Source: Basidiobolus meristosporus CBS 931.73
Taxonomy: Eukaryota > Fungi > Basidiobolomycota
Assembly (NCBI GenBank): GCA_002104905.1
Contig: MCFE01000458.1
Coordinates: forward strand, 1-64,000
Length of the DNA stretch: 64,000 bases
Reading direction: 5' to 3'
Position numbers and translations under genes: made by a program. Numbering within the stretch: the stretch's first letter is position 1; each line of letters starts with the position of its first letter. Below the pieces are notes generated by a model. It saw only the letters and a program-made list of their open reading frames with translations. It had not been told where the DNA came from and searched no databases. This document shows positions 1 through 13,309 of this stretch, piece after piece.

Positions 1-144
1 GGACAAATTGAAAGAATGGACCCCTTGGATCAAGTTGAATACTTTATTGATGGGTTGAAAGAAAGAACTCGCAAGGAAGTCAATTACTGAAGACCTCAGA
101 CTATTGAAGAAGCCATCAAGATTGCCATTGACTATGACTCAGCT

Positions 145-3100
145 ATGTTTGGAGTTGGGAAGCCTACAGTGACTAGTCAGAAAGGCTATAATCATTATGA
201 AAGAAGACAATCAGAAGCAGTACCAATGGAAATAGACGCTATGCAGAAGAACCCCTCCTCAGAAGAATGCAAGAAGAGAGGACTTTGCTTCAATTGCCAC
301 CAGCAGGGACATATTGCAAAGTACTGCCCTCAGAGAAGAAATGGACACCAGCCAACAAGAACCTTCAACCATATTGAGTCCCATGAACACAATAATGAGG
401 AAGATGAGCTTGAAGAAGACTCGGAACTCACCTTCCATATGACAGAAGAGTACTTGTCCCAAATGACTTCAAACTCAGGGAAGTTATTGTACCTGAATGG
501 AGCAATCAATGGAGTACCTGCCAAGATCATGATTGACTCAGGAGCATCGCATGAGTACATGTCAGAGCAATTTGCTTTGAAAGCTGGAATCAACTCGGAA
601 CCTACCAAATCAACTTCAGTCTCCACAGCTGATGGGAACTCCCACATAATCAACCGTATTACCCAGCCAGTAAGAATGAAGATCAATGACTATGAAGAAG
701 ACCTACAGGCTTATATATTTGGGAACTGCAAGTTTGACCTTGTACTTGGGAAAACCTGGCTATTTTGTCGTAATCCATCAATCAACTGGAGAACCCATGC
801 TACTCAGATCCAAAAAGACAACAAGACCTATGAGCTATTACCTGCCAGGCTGGATTTCAACTTGGTCAATTCCAGTGTGTGTGAGACAAGTGAACTTAGC
901 AAGACCCAGTTCTGTAGAGCACTTAGAAAAGGTACCCAGATGTTCCTCATGGCGGTATTACAGGAGGATTCCTCTATCCCAGCACCCCAGCAGGTCCAGA
1001 CTCTCTTGAAGAAATATTCAGACGTGTTTCCAGATGAGCTTGTAAGCCTACCACCAGTCAGAGATGTGGATCATGCCATTGACACAGGAGATAGCCCTCC
1101 AGTGAGCAAGACACCTTACAGAATGAGTCCATTGGAATTGGAGGAAATGAAGAAACAAATTGATCAGCTATTGGAGCAAGGATACATCAGGCCCAGCAAG
1201 TCACCTTGGGGAGCACCAGTGCTTTTTGTGAAAAAGAAGGATGGAACACTTAGGATGTGCATTGACTACAGAGCCCTGAACTCAGTTACCGTCAAGAATA
1301 AGTACCCCATACCTTGGATTGATGAGCTTTTGGACCAACTTAATGGAGCCACTATTTTCAGCAAGATCGACCTCATGTCAGGATACAACCAGATTAGGGT
1401 GAAACCAGAAGATATCCCTAAGACAGCATTCAGGACCAGATATGGACATTACGAGTACTTAGTCATGAGTTTTGGCCTCACTAATGCCCCTGCAACATTC
1501 ATGACGCTGATGCAGACTGTCTTTCAGGAGTACTTAGACAAGTTTGTGATAATCTACCTGGATGACATATTGATATACAGCAAGAGAGAAAAGGATCACA
1601 TGGTGCACATTGAAAAGGTCTTGAAGAAACTAAGAGAGAACAAGCTATACGGCAAGCTAGCCAAGTGTGAATTCTTCAAGGAACACGTAGAATATCTGGG
1701 ACACATAGTGACTAGCACAGGAGTAACCTTAGACCCCAAGAAGGTGGAAGTAATCAAGAATTTGAAGCAGCCCCATAGCATATCAGAACTCAGATCCTTC
1801 CTTGGAATGGTTTCCTATTATCGGAGATTTGTCAAGTCATTTGCAAGTATTGCAGCCCCTTTAACTGATATCCTCAAGAAAGACAATACCTACAAGTGGG
1901 ACATAGCTTGTGAGACTGCCTTCCAGACACTAAAGAATGAACTTGCTAAGCTGCCAAGCTTAAGAATACCAGACTTCAGAAAAGAGTTCACTCTGTGCAC
2001 AGATGCTTCAGATTATGCAATTGGTGGAGTGCTGAGCCAAGAACACGAGGGAAAGGACTACCCTGTTGCCTTTGAATCCAAGAAACTGAACTCAGCAGAA
2101 CAAAACTATCCAGTTCATGAGAAGGAGATGCTTGCTATAATACACTGTTTGAAGACATGGAGATGCTATATTGAAGGAGTCAAATGCACTGTGAAGACTG
2201 ATCATGCCTCCCTCAAGTATATATTTACTCAGAAGGTACTCTCTAGAAGAATGACAAGATGGAGTGAATACATTCAACAATTTGACCTGGAGATTGTCTA
2301 CTGTCCTGGAAAAAACAACACGGTTGCTGATGCCTTATCAAGATTAGATCAAGTTGCACAACTCAACTTGGTGCATGAATCAGATTGGCCTAGCCTATTA
2401 CCAAAGTACTTGGAGGACCAAGCCATTCCTAATGAGGTGGATGAAGATATCAAGAAGATAATCCGCGATGAGGCCAGCAAATTTGTTGTACAGAATGAAA
2501 CACTCTACCGAATTGTTGATGGAAGCCCTATTGCCTATTGTCCTTATGTTGCTCGCCTGGATTTAATACATAAGCTACACAATGGATATGGACATCTTGG
2601 GATTGAAGGAACCTATAGCCTTGTAAAAGCCAGAGCATGGTGGCCCAGAATGAAACAAGACATTGAGAAGCTAGTAAAAACATGCCCAAACTGCCAAATC
2701 AATCAAGGCCAGCCACAAAGAATTGCCGAACTCTTCCCTTTGGAGCCTGTAAGACCATTTGAGAGATGGGGAATTGACTTTATTGGAAGACTGCCAACTA
2801 CCAGGAAATGCAACCGTTGGATCCTAGTAGCAATTGACCATGCCACTAAATGGCCAGTTGCTAAAGCTGTACCAATAGCCAGTGAACAAGAAGTTGCAAG
2901 TTTCATTTACCATGAGATCCTGATGAAGTTTGGATGCCCTGTGGAGATCTTATCCAATAGAGGTGCAAACTTTATGGCAAAGACATTAGAGGCTTACCTG
3001 GAAATGCAGCAGATCAGACACTTGAAAACCTCGGCATATCACCCCAGAACTAATGGAGTCACTGAGCGGTTTAATGGATTATTTGGAAAAATGCTGACCA

Positions 3101-3651
3101 AGTATGCAAATGGAGTTGTCAGTAGATGGGATGAGTATATAGACCAAGCACTCTTTGCATGCAGAGTCAGAGTACACAACACCACCCAGCAATCACCATT
3201 TTACTTAGTTTATGGATGTGAACCAAGGATTCCAGGAGATCTCACACAACCAAAGCTTACAGACACCTTAGAAGATGAACTCAGTCAGCCAAGTAGACAC
3301 CAGCAACTGGAACAAAGACGTCAAGAGGCACAGACCAAAGTATCTCAAAGTGCAGAAAAGATGAAGCAGAGATTTGATAAGACTATAGCACCAGAAGCAT
3401 TGACAGTTGGGAACTTTGTATTGCTAAGAAACAACACTCGGAAGAAGTTTGAGCCACAATGGACAGGACCATTCAAGATCATCAGAGAATGTCCATTTGC
3501 AACTTACCAACTGGTGGACAAACAAGGCAATATCCGGGAAGACTTAGTGCATAGGGACAGACTCAAGCTTGCAAGACTTGCTGATAATACTGAACCATCA
3601 AGATATTGGTATCAGAAGAAAAGAGATTCAGGAGAACCCTCTCAACTTTAG
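145..3651 (+). CDS. Gag-Pol polyprotein, single frame, probably inactivated
   Basis: [14 protein letters not shown] knuckle, DSG protease, YLDD RT, TDASD RNase H, HHCC plus GIDF..E integrase, GPF C-terminal domain, no chromodomain. The gag frame continues to position 1 across a TGA at 88-90. The second integrase Asp is AAT (Asn) at 2956-2958. Confidence 0.95.
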   Translation: MFGVGKPTVTSQKGYNHYERRQSEAVPMEIDAMQKNPSSEECKKRGLCFNCHQQGHIAKYCPQRRNGHQPTRTFNHIESHEHNNEEDELEEDSELTFHMTEEYLSQMTSNSGKLLYLNGAINGVPAKIMIDSGASHEYMSEQFALKAGINSEPTKSTSVSTADGNSHIINRITQPVRMKINDYEEDLQAYIFGNCKFDLVLGKTWLFCRNPSINWRTHATQIQKDNKTYELLPARLDFNLVNSSVCETSELSKTQFCRALRKGTQMFLMAVLQEDSSIPAPQQVQTLLKKYSDVFPDELVSLPPVRDVDHAIDTGDSPPVSKTPYRMSPLELEEMKKQIDQLLEQGYIRPSKSPWGAPVLFVKKKDGTLRMCIDYRALNSVTVKNKYPIPWIDELLDQLNGATIFSKIDLMSGYNQIRVKPEDIPKTAFRTRYGHYEYLVMSFGLTNAPATFMTLMQTVFQEYLDKFVIIYLDDILIYSKREKDHMVHIEKVLKKLRENKLYGKLAKCEFFKEHVEYLGHIVTSTGVTLDPKKVEVIKNLKQPHSISELRSFLGMVSYYRRFVKSFASIAAPLTDILKKDNTYKWDIACETAFQTLKNELAKLPSLRIPDFRKEFTLCTDASDYAIGGVLSQEHEGKDYPVAFESKKLNSAEQNYPVHEKEMLAIIHCLKTWRCYIEGVKCTVKTDHASLKYIFTQKVLSRRMTRWSEYIQQFDLEIVYCPGKNNTVADALSRLDQVAQLNLVHESDWPSLLPKYLEDQAIPNEVDEDIKKIIRDEASKFVVQNETLYRIVDGSPIAYCPYVARLDLIHKLHNGYGHLGIEGTYSLVKARAWWPRMKQDIEKLVKTCPNCQINQGQPQRIAELFPLEPVRPFERWGIDFIGRLPTTRKCNRWILVAIDHATKWPVAKAVPIASEQEVASFIYHEILMKFGCPVEILSNRGANFMAKTLEAYLEMQQIRHLKTSAYHPRTNGVTERFNGLFGKMLTKYANGVVSRWDEYIDQALFACRVRVHNTTQQSPFYLVYGCEPRIPGDLTQPKLTDTLEDELSQPSRHQQLEQRRQEAQTKVSQSAEKMKQRFDKTIAPEALTVGNFVLLRNNTRKKFEPQWTGPFKIIRECPFATYQLVDKQGNIREDLVHRDRLKLARLADNTEPSRYWYQKKRDSGEPSQL

Positions 3652-3652
3652 T

Positions 3653-3661
3653 AGGGGAGAA
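3653..3661 (+). other. Polypurine tract
   Basis: AGGGGAGAA immediately before the LTR start TGTTA. Confidence 0.85.
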
Positions 3662-4029
3662 TGTTATGATCTGCCGCTTGAATGTTTAAGTTAGATCAGT
3701 TTTTAGTCAAATCAGTTAGTATATGTTTAGGTTATCAGTACATCAGTATTATCTATGAAATCAGTAGCATTAGTCAGCAAATGAATCAGCAGATCCTTAT
3801 CAGACAGAAATAGATATATTAAGTAGGATCTTATTGGGTGATGATGATGCAATCAAATGAGTCATCAGCCACAACCTACATTAGGAAATACAATTAGTCA
3901 GCAATTGATCTGGCAAAATGTATATAAGGAGCTGCTGGAACCTCAATAAAAATCAGTTCAAGTTTTAGTGAATACAATACTAGCTAAACTCCCTATTCCT
4001 CTACAACTCTTATACCAAGACTTGTAACA
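3662..4029 (+). repeat. Gypsy 3' LTR (368 bp)
   Basis: TGTTA...TAACA termini, internal TATATAA and AATAAA, homologous to 9700-10067. Confidence 0.92.
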
Positions 4030-4099
4030 CATATTTATAAGTATTGAATTTCCCACAAAGCCAACAGAACCTTTTTCTGCTACCAGGCTCAAACTTCAA

Positions 4100-4420
4100 G
4101 CTTATTGCCTTCTAATGTGCTGCTATTGCTGTACACCAGTTGAGCAGTGCTCTGCAAACTCCTCAGAGTAAGATTTTCATATATTGTCACTTGATTGCAC
4201 CAGTAATACACGCCTAGTTAGGCTATGCTTGCAAAGTACTAAAGCATTGCTGGAGTCTTCTGCTTTGCTTAAGGATGTACACACATTCACAATATGTTGC
4301 ATCATTAATAAATATCATTTCATATCTTATTGGTCTCAAAGAAAATGTACTTATGGGTATCAATATGTTGAAGTATATGGGCTGCTTTCATGAGGAAGTA
4401 GAGCTCTGTCTCACACTCTA
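4100..4420 (-). pseudogene. Possible Copia-type integrase relic of a different family
   Basis: Minus frame reads IFINDATYCECVYILKQ, resembling the Copia FIDDxTRYxWVYxLK motif. Many stops. Confidence 0.3.
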
Positions 4421-4559
4421 TGTCCAAGTATAGGTCTTGTAAGCCTTTCTGGCACATTATGGCATTATTTGGCATTGGTGGCTCAATCTGGCGCTTTCCA
4501 GCAGCAAAAGTCTAATATTTCCCTTCTCTGTGCCTAATTCATGCTCCCTAATGGGAGTG

Positions 4560-5760
4560 CTTTAGGTCTTGCTTGTATGAATTTGGCATGGAAGGGTCCA
4601 GGTATTTGCATGTTACTGGGAGACATTCCACATTCTCTAGTAAATATTTTTACAATGTCAAAATTTGATTCTTAATGCTGCCAGTGTACTCTGGCTTGAT
4701 ATTGCTGCAGAAGGCCACTTGAATTAATACGTATCCAGCTCATCAAGTCCTTGCATTGATGATATAGTACATACATATGGAGATGAATTGTAGCTTGTGG
4801 AAAGTACTTAAGGCAGCAGATAACATGTAATATCAGGCCAATCCTTCCAAATGTCACCAATATCTCAAAGGGATCAATGAGCTCCAAATGCCTCATGTAC
4901 AACTTGGTAATTGAGATTCATATATTGCAGAAAAAAATTGCCTTTCACCCAGTGAGAAAATCTTGCTCCTACACATTCCCTCTACATTACCAACCTCTAA
5001 TTTTCAATTAATTCCAAATTGCGGCAATGAATTGTACATGCAACACAGCACCTTCCTGAATGTAAGATTTAATGATAACACACAATGGTAGGCCTTATGA
5101 ATGAAGCTGGGGCATCAGAAAATCATGTGTGTGTAACATTTTCATGTGGTTTGACTCATTTGATTAAAATGCTGTAAAGTTTAAGTAAAGAAGTCTCATC
5201 TCTGAACAAATTCTACTGCTGACTGCAGCAGAAGAACAGTTCAACAACAGCTTGCTTGGATATCCAGTGCAACAAGCAAGGCCAAAAGCTTAAAATAAGT
5301 GGCAAAAACATCAGTTTGCTGAAAGAGTTCTGTTGAGCCACAGCAGGCAGAGCAAGATGCACCAGTGCAGCAAATATCATGGGGAAATGTATTGCAAAGC
5401 AAGAAAAAGACAGAAAAATAGCAGTGAAAGGTAAGACTGTCAATCCATGCCAGACACAGGGAAGCAGGAGAAAAAGCTCTACCTATCACTAGTTAATGCT
5501 ATAAGCACAGCATAAGCTGAGTCTCATATTAGCCAGGACAAACTACTAAGAAGACAATGACTTTGTGCTCTAGAGTTGCAAGCACTACCAGGTGAGCTAC
5601 ACTCCAGTGAGGCAGATGAGTCTGCAGGGAAAGGCACTCTGCCTACTGCAGCCATGCCCTCCATTGTAGACACAGAGAATATATCATTGAGAGACAACTC
5701 AACAGAGAACTTAGACATATCTCCAAATGAACATGTAAGCCTACCACTAATAATAGCAGT
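4560..5760. mobile_element. Heavily deleted CMC/EnSpm-like relic
   Basis: Pieces homologous to the transposase middle (cf. 19800-20110), the inter-ORF spacer (cf. 25020-25290) and the ORF2 tail (cf. 30700-30950). Confidence 0.75.
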
Positions 5761-6392
5761 TGCCCATGCCATCAACATATGGGGTAGCCCCCTGTGAGCA
5801 AGATATATAACTGATGAGCTCAATTGAGTTGGGAGAGATGAAGAGACATATTTACAAGGATGTGAATTAAGAATACATCAGGCCCAGTAAGTGACCTTGA
5901 GAAGCACCAGTTATTTTTCTGAAAAAGTAGGATGCATTGATCACAAAGCCCTGTACTCAATTACCATGAAGAGTAGGTACCCCATACCTTTGAATGAAGA
6001 GCTTTTGCACCAACTCAATGATGCCACCATATTTAGCAAGATTGACCTGTGCTAGCAGCCAGTGATCAGGGAGTTGCAAGTCTCATAAACCATGAGTTCC
6101 TGATAAAGTGCCAATGTCTGGCAGAAATCTTATTGGATACAACAGAAGCGGGAACAATCAGGTAAAGAGGCACAAGCCAGAATGTCAAAAAGTGCTTGCA
6201 AAATAAAGCAGAAATACTACAATACAACATCACCAGATTAACTCACAGTGGGTTACTTAAACAACTGCAAACTATATTTGAAAGAGGTCAGAGCCATATT
6301 GAGCAGGCCCATTCAAGATCATCAGAGAATATCCTCTTGCAACTATTACTTAACTTAACTGGTGGATAAATAAGGAAATATCCAAGAAGATG
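5760..6392 (+). mobile_element. Internally deleted Gypsy pol relic
   Basis: Three collinear blocks matching about 1070-1372 (RT), 2870-2960 and 3300-3545 (IN) of the first element. Confidence 0.85.
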
Positions 6393-6500
6393 CCCTATGA
6401 AAAATCTTCAACTTGGAATTCTTCTAACTCTCAGCTAGTATTCTGCTAGTGATATAATGGTATTTTCATGGTATTCAGCTGGTGGTTTTGGCTCAAAATT
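6393..6500 (+). repeat. TIR-like terminus CCCTATGAAAAAT of a related DNA transposon
   Basis: 13-bp identity to the CMC termini at 49936 and 31693. The following ~70 bp resembles the reverse strand of the end at 48290. Confidence 0.6.
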
Positions 6501-9500
6501 GCAAATGCATTTTTTGATGGAAGTAAGGATTAGCTAACTACAAAATTTGGTTTGAATGCTTGTTGGCCTAGTCTCCTATCAGCAAGTTTGTTTGCTTTCC
6601 AGCCCATATGCTAACACCAGAGATATTGAGAGTTGTCAATTTTGAGAAACTTGGAATTCAGCCAATATTAATTTTGTTTGTTTGGGATGTAGATGACTGA
6701 GACAGGCATAGGCTTACAAGATTGATTAGCAATATGGACCCATCAGAATACTGAGCCTATTCTGTGAGATAAGTCTTTAACTTGCTAAACCACACCTTTA
6801 TGCCTCCCATATGCTGCAATGGTTCAGGGTCAATAGTCCACTTATCACTGCAGTTACTTGCACACTCTTGTACTTTTGCACATAGCAGATTTTCTGTAGT
6901 TATAGAGGTTGCATGCTCCTTATTCCGTTTTTTGTCTGCTTACTTCTTGTTATATTCACCTACCTAGTGCTTTGGACTTTAACAATAGTTGCAGCAACCA
7001 TGCTTCATTTGATTTTGTTGCTTCCACTGACATTCTGAATGCCTTTCTGGACTGAATAAATAATCAGCCCCAGTGTTCCCTGCTTGATTACTTAGAGGTA
7101 GTTATTCAATAACAAGTCCTTCTTAGACAGAGACCCTGATCAAATTCTGTGATCTGCCTTTAAATCAAGGGAAGAGCAATTCATACTCATCTGGTAGGCT
7201 GCAGGGCAGATAGTGTATCTTTTGTTCATTGTAAGCACCATTCCTAAAGCTGTAAGAATTTTGTAATAGTATTGTCATTCTGTTTACAATTTAGTACAAA
7301 TTATCTTCAGTTTTCTTATTTATGCTAAGGAGCTCTTTTTTGAAACATGACTAACGTGAATCTGATTCTACTCTTTACATCAGCTTCATGAGTCACCACA
7401 CTGCTTTGGCTAGATTGGACAAATGCATTGGGCTATGAAGTCTTGCACATGGAGAATATGACAGTAATGTTCTTTCTCTCCTTTCTTGAAACTTCTAACT
7501 TCTTTTGCTATTTCTCTGAATACAACCTATTATACAGCTACTGTGTTGCAAAGCTTTCTATCCACAAACTGGATTTGCATATTGCTTTTCCAAAGGTTTC
7601 AGCTCTTACATCAAGCTTCCCCTTTAAAGAAAAGATGTTTATGCTCAATCCTTTGCTTGTAGAAGCTATCTTCAGTGTAGATTTAGACATATAGGGCCAA
7701 TAATATGTTAGGATATAGGAGGTTTTTTGGTGTAGTGCACATATCAAGAAATATTGGTTGTGGTTGAGCGGTATTTTATTCATAAGGAAGCTCAATATTA
7801 GCTTCTTTGCATAAGCACTGCAATGATATAATCAACTTAAAAGTGCTTTTCATTGTTCTATAGTGTGCTGTGACAATTTTAGCACAAATGCACAATATTG
7901 GGACAAGTATCTACTTGATCTTGAGTACAACAGAGTAACCAAAAGATCCTACATATGATCAAAGTAGCAAAGTTTGGGCTTCAAGTTAATCTCAAAGCAA
8001 CCAAAACTAGTCAAAAGGTGCTAAACATGTATTGAGCTACAGAATAATGCCAAATAGTCAAATATCTTTGCACAAACACTGTATGACCTGGTTGGAAGCC
8101 ACTTGAACTTATTCACTCTAATATTCCTTGATATATTGTGGTGACTGATGATGTTCTAGGAAACACAAGGTTGCTTCCACAATTAAGACTGTACTTTGTC
8201 AAAAAATGACTCTAATCACTTGCTGTAAGTAGTGTAAACATAGTGCCATACTGGACACAAACTTCAATTCTAAATAGGTTTACTACACCTATGGAAATTG
8301 CAGCTGTTTGACCTGTTATTTATCTGCCCTACATCAATCACATCTTTTTCAGTCAGTCCAATTCCAGATTATAACCTAAGAAGGCAAATGTAATATTTGC
8401 TGGCTAGCTGGATTGCTTATATGCTAGCAACTCAGCACAATGAGGTTGACAGCAACATGATACTTTTAAATAAATTAGATAGGTCTATAGAACTGTAGTC
8501 TGTTATAACTAGTTTGCATTGTGTATAAGAATAGGCTAACAGTATAGCCAGCTTCCCGTATACTGATGCTGAAGCTGATGATTGGGATTTTGACATACAA
8601 GTTTCAGAAGGTGTCAAAGGGAGAATATATCAGCTAATGTCCAAAGTGGTGTTTTTAAACTAAAGGGGCTTCTTGAAGCTTCATTTCCACCCAAAAAGTG
8701 GTATTTCTCAGTTACTGGATGTTGCAATTCTAGAAGTGATTTGGATATAAGCAACTTATCAAGCAATAGTGAAGATAGTTGAACTATTGTTTATTCACAA
8801 AGAGAATCAGTAATTATATCTTTGTAGAAGTAATACAGCTGTAACATTAAACAAAGAGGGTTTCTTAACATTCAGGAGCATTCTGCAACAGTTTCAAGGT
8901 TAGTACATAATGTTTGGTAAAAATGTTAATTTGATCATAAATCTAGGAGAAAATCATACAATTATAGATCTGAATAAACTGGCAAAGTTGGGGCTGCAAA
9001 TTGATCCTGCAGTAACCAAGAGTAGTCTAGAATTGTCAAGTAAACTTTTAGCTGCTGAATGATACCAAATAGTACAACATTTAAACACTGGACTTATGTG
9101 GCAGTGAGCATAATAATTATATAGCACTATGTGAGCTATTAAGGTTGAGTTGTAGATCTTCAAGCCTTAAAGTGGCATGGATATCTAGCTGGATGAGGTC
9201 CAGTCTTACTCTTTTACTTAAAGACCTCCCTATTACTTCTAACTTATAATTTTGAAAATCTGTTAAACAAACAGCCAGTGTAGGTGGTGTACTGCACAAT
9301 ACTGCCAGCTTACACAACTCATTCTTGCTAGCATGAATGTGCTTGTAAGAGCTTTACAAGTGCACAACTGGTCATGATATCTCATATCTTTGGTGTATTA
9401 TATTGTGAAGTATTGCAAGCTAATCCACCTCTGGTAAGACCTTTCCTGGGCATCCTGTAGTGCCTACCTATAGCATTAAAGTATATATACACACCCTAAT

Positions 9501-9699
9501 TCAGCCAGATACAGAAGATAATTCTATCCGTTCCAGATCAGAGTAGATTATCCCAGTTAGGAGATCTACCAGAATAATGAATGCCCCTGAATCTTGGTGG
9601 CAGACATCTAATGATCATGGAGAAGCTTATCTTGCCCTATGTGGTAAACCACAGAATCTAGAACAGCCAATGCAAAGCCCAGATGCTATTAGGTGGCAA

Positions 9700-10067
9700 C
9701 ATTATGATCTGCTGCTTGAATTTTCAAATTAAACCAGCTTTGAGTAAAGTTAATTAGTATCATGTTTAGCCTATCAGTATATCAGTGTTATCTATCAAAT
9801 TAGTAGCATTAGTCAGCAAATGAATCAGCATATTCTTGTCAGAGAAGTAGATATCTTAAATAGGATCTTATTGGGTGATGATGGTGCAATCTAATGAGTC
9901 ATCAGTCACAACCTACATCAGGAAATACAATTAGTCAGCAATTAATGTGGTACAATGTACATAAGGAGCTGCTGGATCCTCAATAAAAATCAGTACAAGT
10001 TTTAGTGAATACAATACTAGCTAAACTCCCTATTCCTCTACAACTCTTATTTTCAAAACTTGTAACA
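9700..10067 (+). repeat. Solo LTR of the Gypsy family (368 bp)
   Basis: Same length as 3662-4029, about 85% identical by eye, ends TGTAACA. No PBS or PPT adjacent, no clear TSD. Confidence 0.9.
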
Positions 10068-10889
10068 CAGACATATTATTATTTTACAATTACAAACTGA
10101 CTTAGTCACTGTGAGCTTATATGCAACCTTAGGCTTGCCACTTATTTTCATATATGAGCATAGAAGTATTCCTGTGCAGCTTAGAGTAAGCTGGCACTTT
10201 TACCAAACCTATTGTGTTAAAATTGGAGCTAGTACTTTGGGCTCCTGTGTAACACAGTGTATTCCTGGCACAGTGCTTTTGGTACTAATATAGCCTCAGA
10301 GGTTAAAATTTTTGTATATTGAAGAATAAGCATAAGCCTTGTCAGTATCATAAGTTCCTCTCAAGTTCTTGATATCATAATAAATTCTGAGCCACAACAG
10401 GTCATGAGACCTGTTGACTATATCCAACTGACTGATGACTTTGATTGGCAAACATAGCTACATTAATATTCTGCCAGCAAGGGGGTGGTCTAATTGGAAC
10501 AAAGGCAGAGCTCAGAGAACCAAGTCAAATATTACTTAGTTGTAGAAAAGTTTTCAGAGAAAGTCACAACAGTGTAAGGTAGGCTTGTAGGTGCTTCAGA
10601 AAAATTGAGATGTAAAATATTGAGACAGCAGTGCTAATGATGCTCTGTGTGTCAATATTCAAGACTTCTTCTTCAGGGAGATTTATGGTTTAAAGTCAGC
10701 CTAAGAAGCTTCAGAATCTCCTGGAGACAATCTTTGAGGCAAGGTTAGTTTCAAGTAGGTGCAGCCAAGTGAAGGTTTCTTGACAAGAGAAAAAAGTGAG
10801 CATGATGGTTTCAGCCCATTCTGAGGATGAAGACACCTGCAAGAGACTAAGATAGTAATATTGCTGGCAAAAAGGGTTTGGTAATCAGT

Positions 10890-11725
10890 GTTATATATCA
10901 AATCAGTGGTGTTAGTAAGTAGATCAGTCTGCAGATCCCTATCAGACAGGAATAGATATATTTAGTAAGACCTAATTAGGTGATTATGATGCAACATAGT
11001 GAGTAATCCGCTACAGCCTAAACTCTGCTAAGAAGGAAGCTGAAGACACTCCAACAGAAAGGAGAGGTTCAAGCGTTGATCAATGAGTATTGATGTCTAC
11101 ATGACTAAATTGCAAGAATAGGCCCCCTTAATCAAGTTGAATACTCCATTAATGTGTGAACAGAAAGGACTTACAAGGTAAAGAACTATTGAAAACCCCA
11201 GTCAATTGAATAAGCCATCAACATTGCCATTGATTATGACTCAGCTATGTTTGGAGTTGAAATGCATATGATGAATAGTTAAAAAGGCACCATCAATATG
11301 AAGGAAAAAAATCAGAAGCAGTGCCAATGAGAATAGAAGCTACACAGAAGAATCCCACCTCAGAAGAATGTGAGAAGAAACAACTTTGCTTTCATAGCTG
11401 CCAGCAAGGACAAATCCCAGAGCGCTGCCTTCAGAGAAGAAATGGACACCAGTCAACAAGACCATTCTACCATATTGAAGCCCTTGAACACAGTGATGTG
11501 GAGGACAAGCTTGAAGAAGACTCATAACTCACCTTCTAAATCCATGCAGTAGAAAGAAATTACCCAACACATGAAAAGGAGATGCATACCATATTACACT
11601 GCTTGTGGGTATTGATATGCTACAGTGATGGAGTCCAGATCACTATGAAGTATTATTGCACCTCACTCAAATGTATTTTTACTGAGATGGTACTATCTAC
11701 ATGATTACAAGATGGAGTGACTAGA
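10890..11725 (+). mobile_element. Third, multiply deleted Gypsy relic
   Basis: LTR core fragment (10890-11015), gag/knuckle (11030-11540, matches 1-440) and RNase H piece (matches about 2090-2275). Confidence 0.85.
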
Positions 11726-11759
11726 CTCATTAATTGAGTCATACAGTGACATTGTACAA

Positions 11760-12240
11760 ATACTTTTCCAGAAGTGGATTACCAATGCCAGCTTGATGCA
11801 TCTGCAGCTTTAATGCAACATGTTTTTGATGGGGTTTGAGTGGCTATACAACAAGTATAAAGCTGAACACGTAGATCTCTGCCACTACTGTTTCAATTCT
11901 TTACTCCTTCTTGCTTGATGTGTGAAGAGTATTGGAACTTACTTGACCTTTTGGGAGTTTTCTATGGAGCATATGTATGGGAAGATAGGACAACAAGTCA
12001 GGTTTAGGTACTACCATATCCCAATTTCATCAAGAATGTTGCCTTCAAGTCTGTCATAAATGAGATCAGTTGCCACATGGAGGACAGACAAGAAGAATTG
12101 GAAAATAACCAGGACAGGTGTATACATGGCAACACCTATGCCTTTGGCACTAAGAAGCCTAAACAGCCCCAATGCGTGGGTAATCAGTTGAGTAATGAAA
12201 AGTGGGGCTTGGTGCAATGAGCAGTTAATTTTTGTTAGGA
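11760..12240 (+). pseudogene. CMC transposase C-terminal fragment
   Basis: FWEFSMEHMYGKIGQQV-like segment; reverse-strand homologue of 19300-19750. Confidence 0.8.
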
Positions 12241-13270
12241 TAGCTCTACCAAAGTATGCTGGTTGGGTTGTGGTAGATGCTGTAGTCAGCAGGCTCTCTT
12301 TGAAAACTCAGTGACTACAACTAAGAACTTATTTTGCAATTGCAGGCTCCTAATGATCCCTTACAAAAAAATTGCAATGGCCCTCTCAAAAGAGCACCAC
12401 AGAAGCTTTATCTAACAGCTTAGAGTTATGGACACCATTGGGGTCCTATGCAAATCTGCTGGGGCAAAACTGAAACTGACATTTCACAAAAAGTATTGTC
12501 TAAAACTTTCTTCACAATGATCCCCAAGTTGCTTGTAGCCAGTTTCCAGCCATTTCTTGCACTATGATTAGAATCAATTTGGCACAACTGACTTAATTTA
12601 TCTGACTCTTTGTACTTCATAATTCAGTTTCATACAATTACCATGTATTCTGTCATTGTATTACATAATTATCCACAAACAATGGCTGGGTGATTTCATT
12701 GATGACATGATTACAAATCTATCATTAAAAAGGATATCTGCAACTGCTGTGATTGGATCCATGTGAGTGCAATTCAAGATGCACCATGCACAATGTACAA
12801 AAAACTTTATTGTCACATTGGTTTTTATATTCACTTCATGTAAGGCCAAGATAGCACCAGTACACTACTGAATAAACATTCAAATCTGTCCAAATGGTCC
12901 CTATACTAAATTATTACTCATCATAATTCAAGCTAGGACAGAGTCCATCCCTCAGCTCACAAGCATAGTCTGGACTGGAGAAGTCAATATTAGATCTAAT
13001 TAAGATCTTGTCAAATGATTTTACTATGGCCCAAGTATTTATGATAAGCCTTCATACAGACACTTGGGCTTTACTCATCAATATAGCAGAGCTGGATACC
13101 TCAGAGAGTTGACAGAGTTGGAAGAATCTACATGGAAAGCTGTGGCATGAGTTCTATATCAAAATGCCTGTAAATGAATGTAAGAAGACACATAACAACA
13201 CAAATATAGATATTAAGAATGAGCTGATAGTGAGGGGATTTCATGAGGAAGCCATGTGGGAACAACATCA
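12240..13270 (+). mobile_element. Diverged internal fragment of the PHIS family
   Basis: Collinear with about 21600-22490 (transposase start, spacer, ORF2 start). Confidence 0.7.
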
Positions 13271-13309
13271 CGTGCATTTTGCTCAGGACACACACATCTG
13301 TATGTGCCC

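Larger units (their letters stand above)
1..4029 (+). mobile_element. Ty3/Gypsy LTR retrotransposon, 5' end outside window
   Basis: Domain order gag/zinc knuckle-PR-RT-RNaseH-IN, then a polypurine tract and a TG...CA LTR. Confidence 0.97.

Noticed and set aside
259-2906. Short ORFs overlapping gag-pol on other frames and strands
   Set aside because: Shadow ORFs of the polyprotein with no motifs.
8095-8170. PLELIHSNI, resembling a Copia integrase start
   Set aside because: Too short and not followed by alignable integrase motifs.
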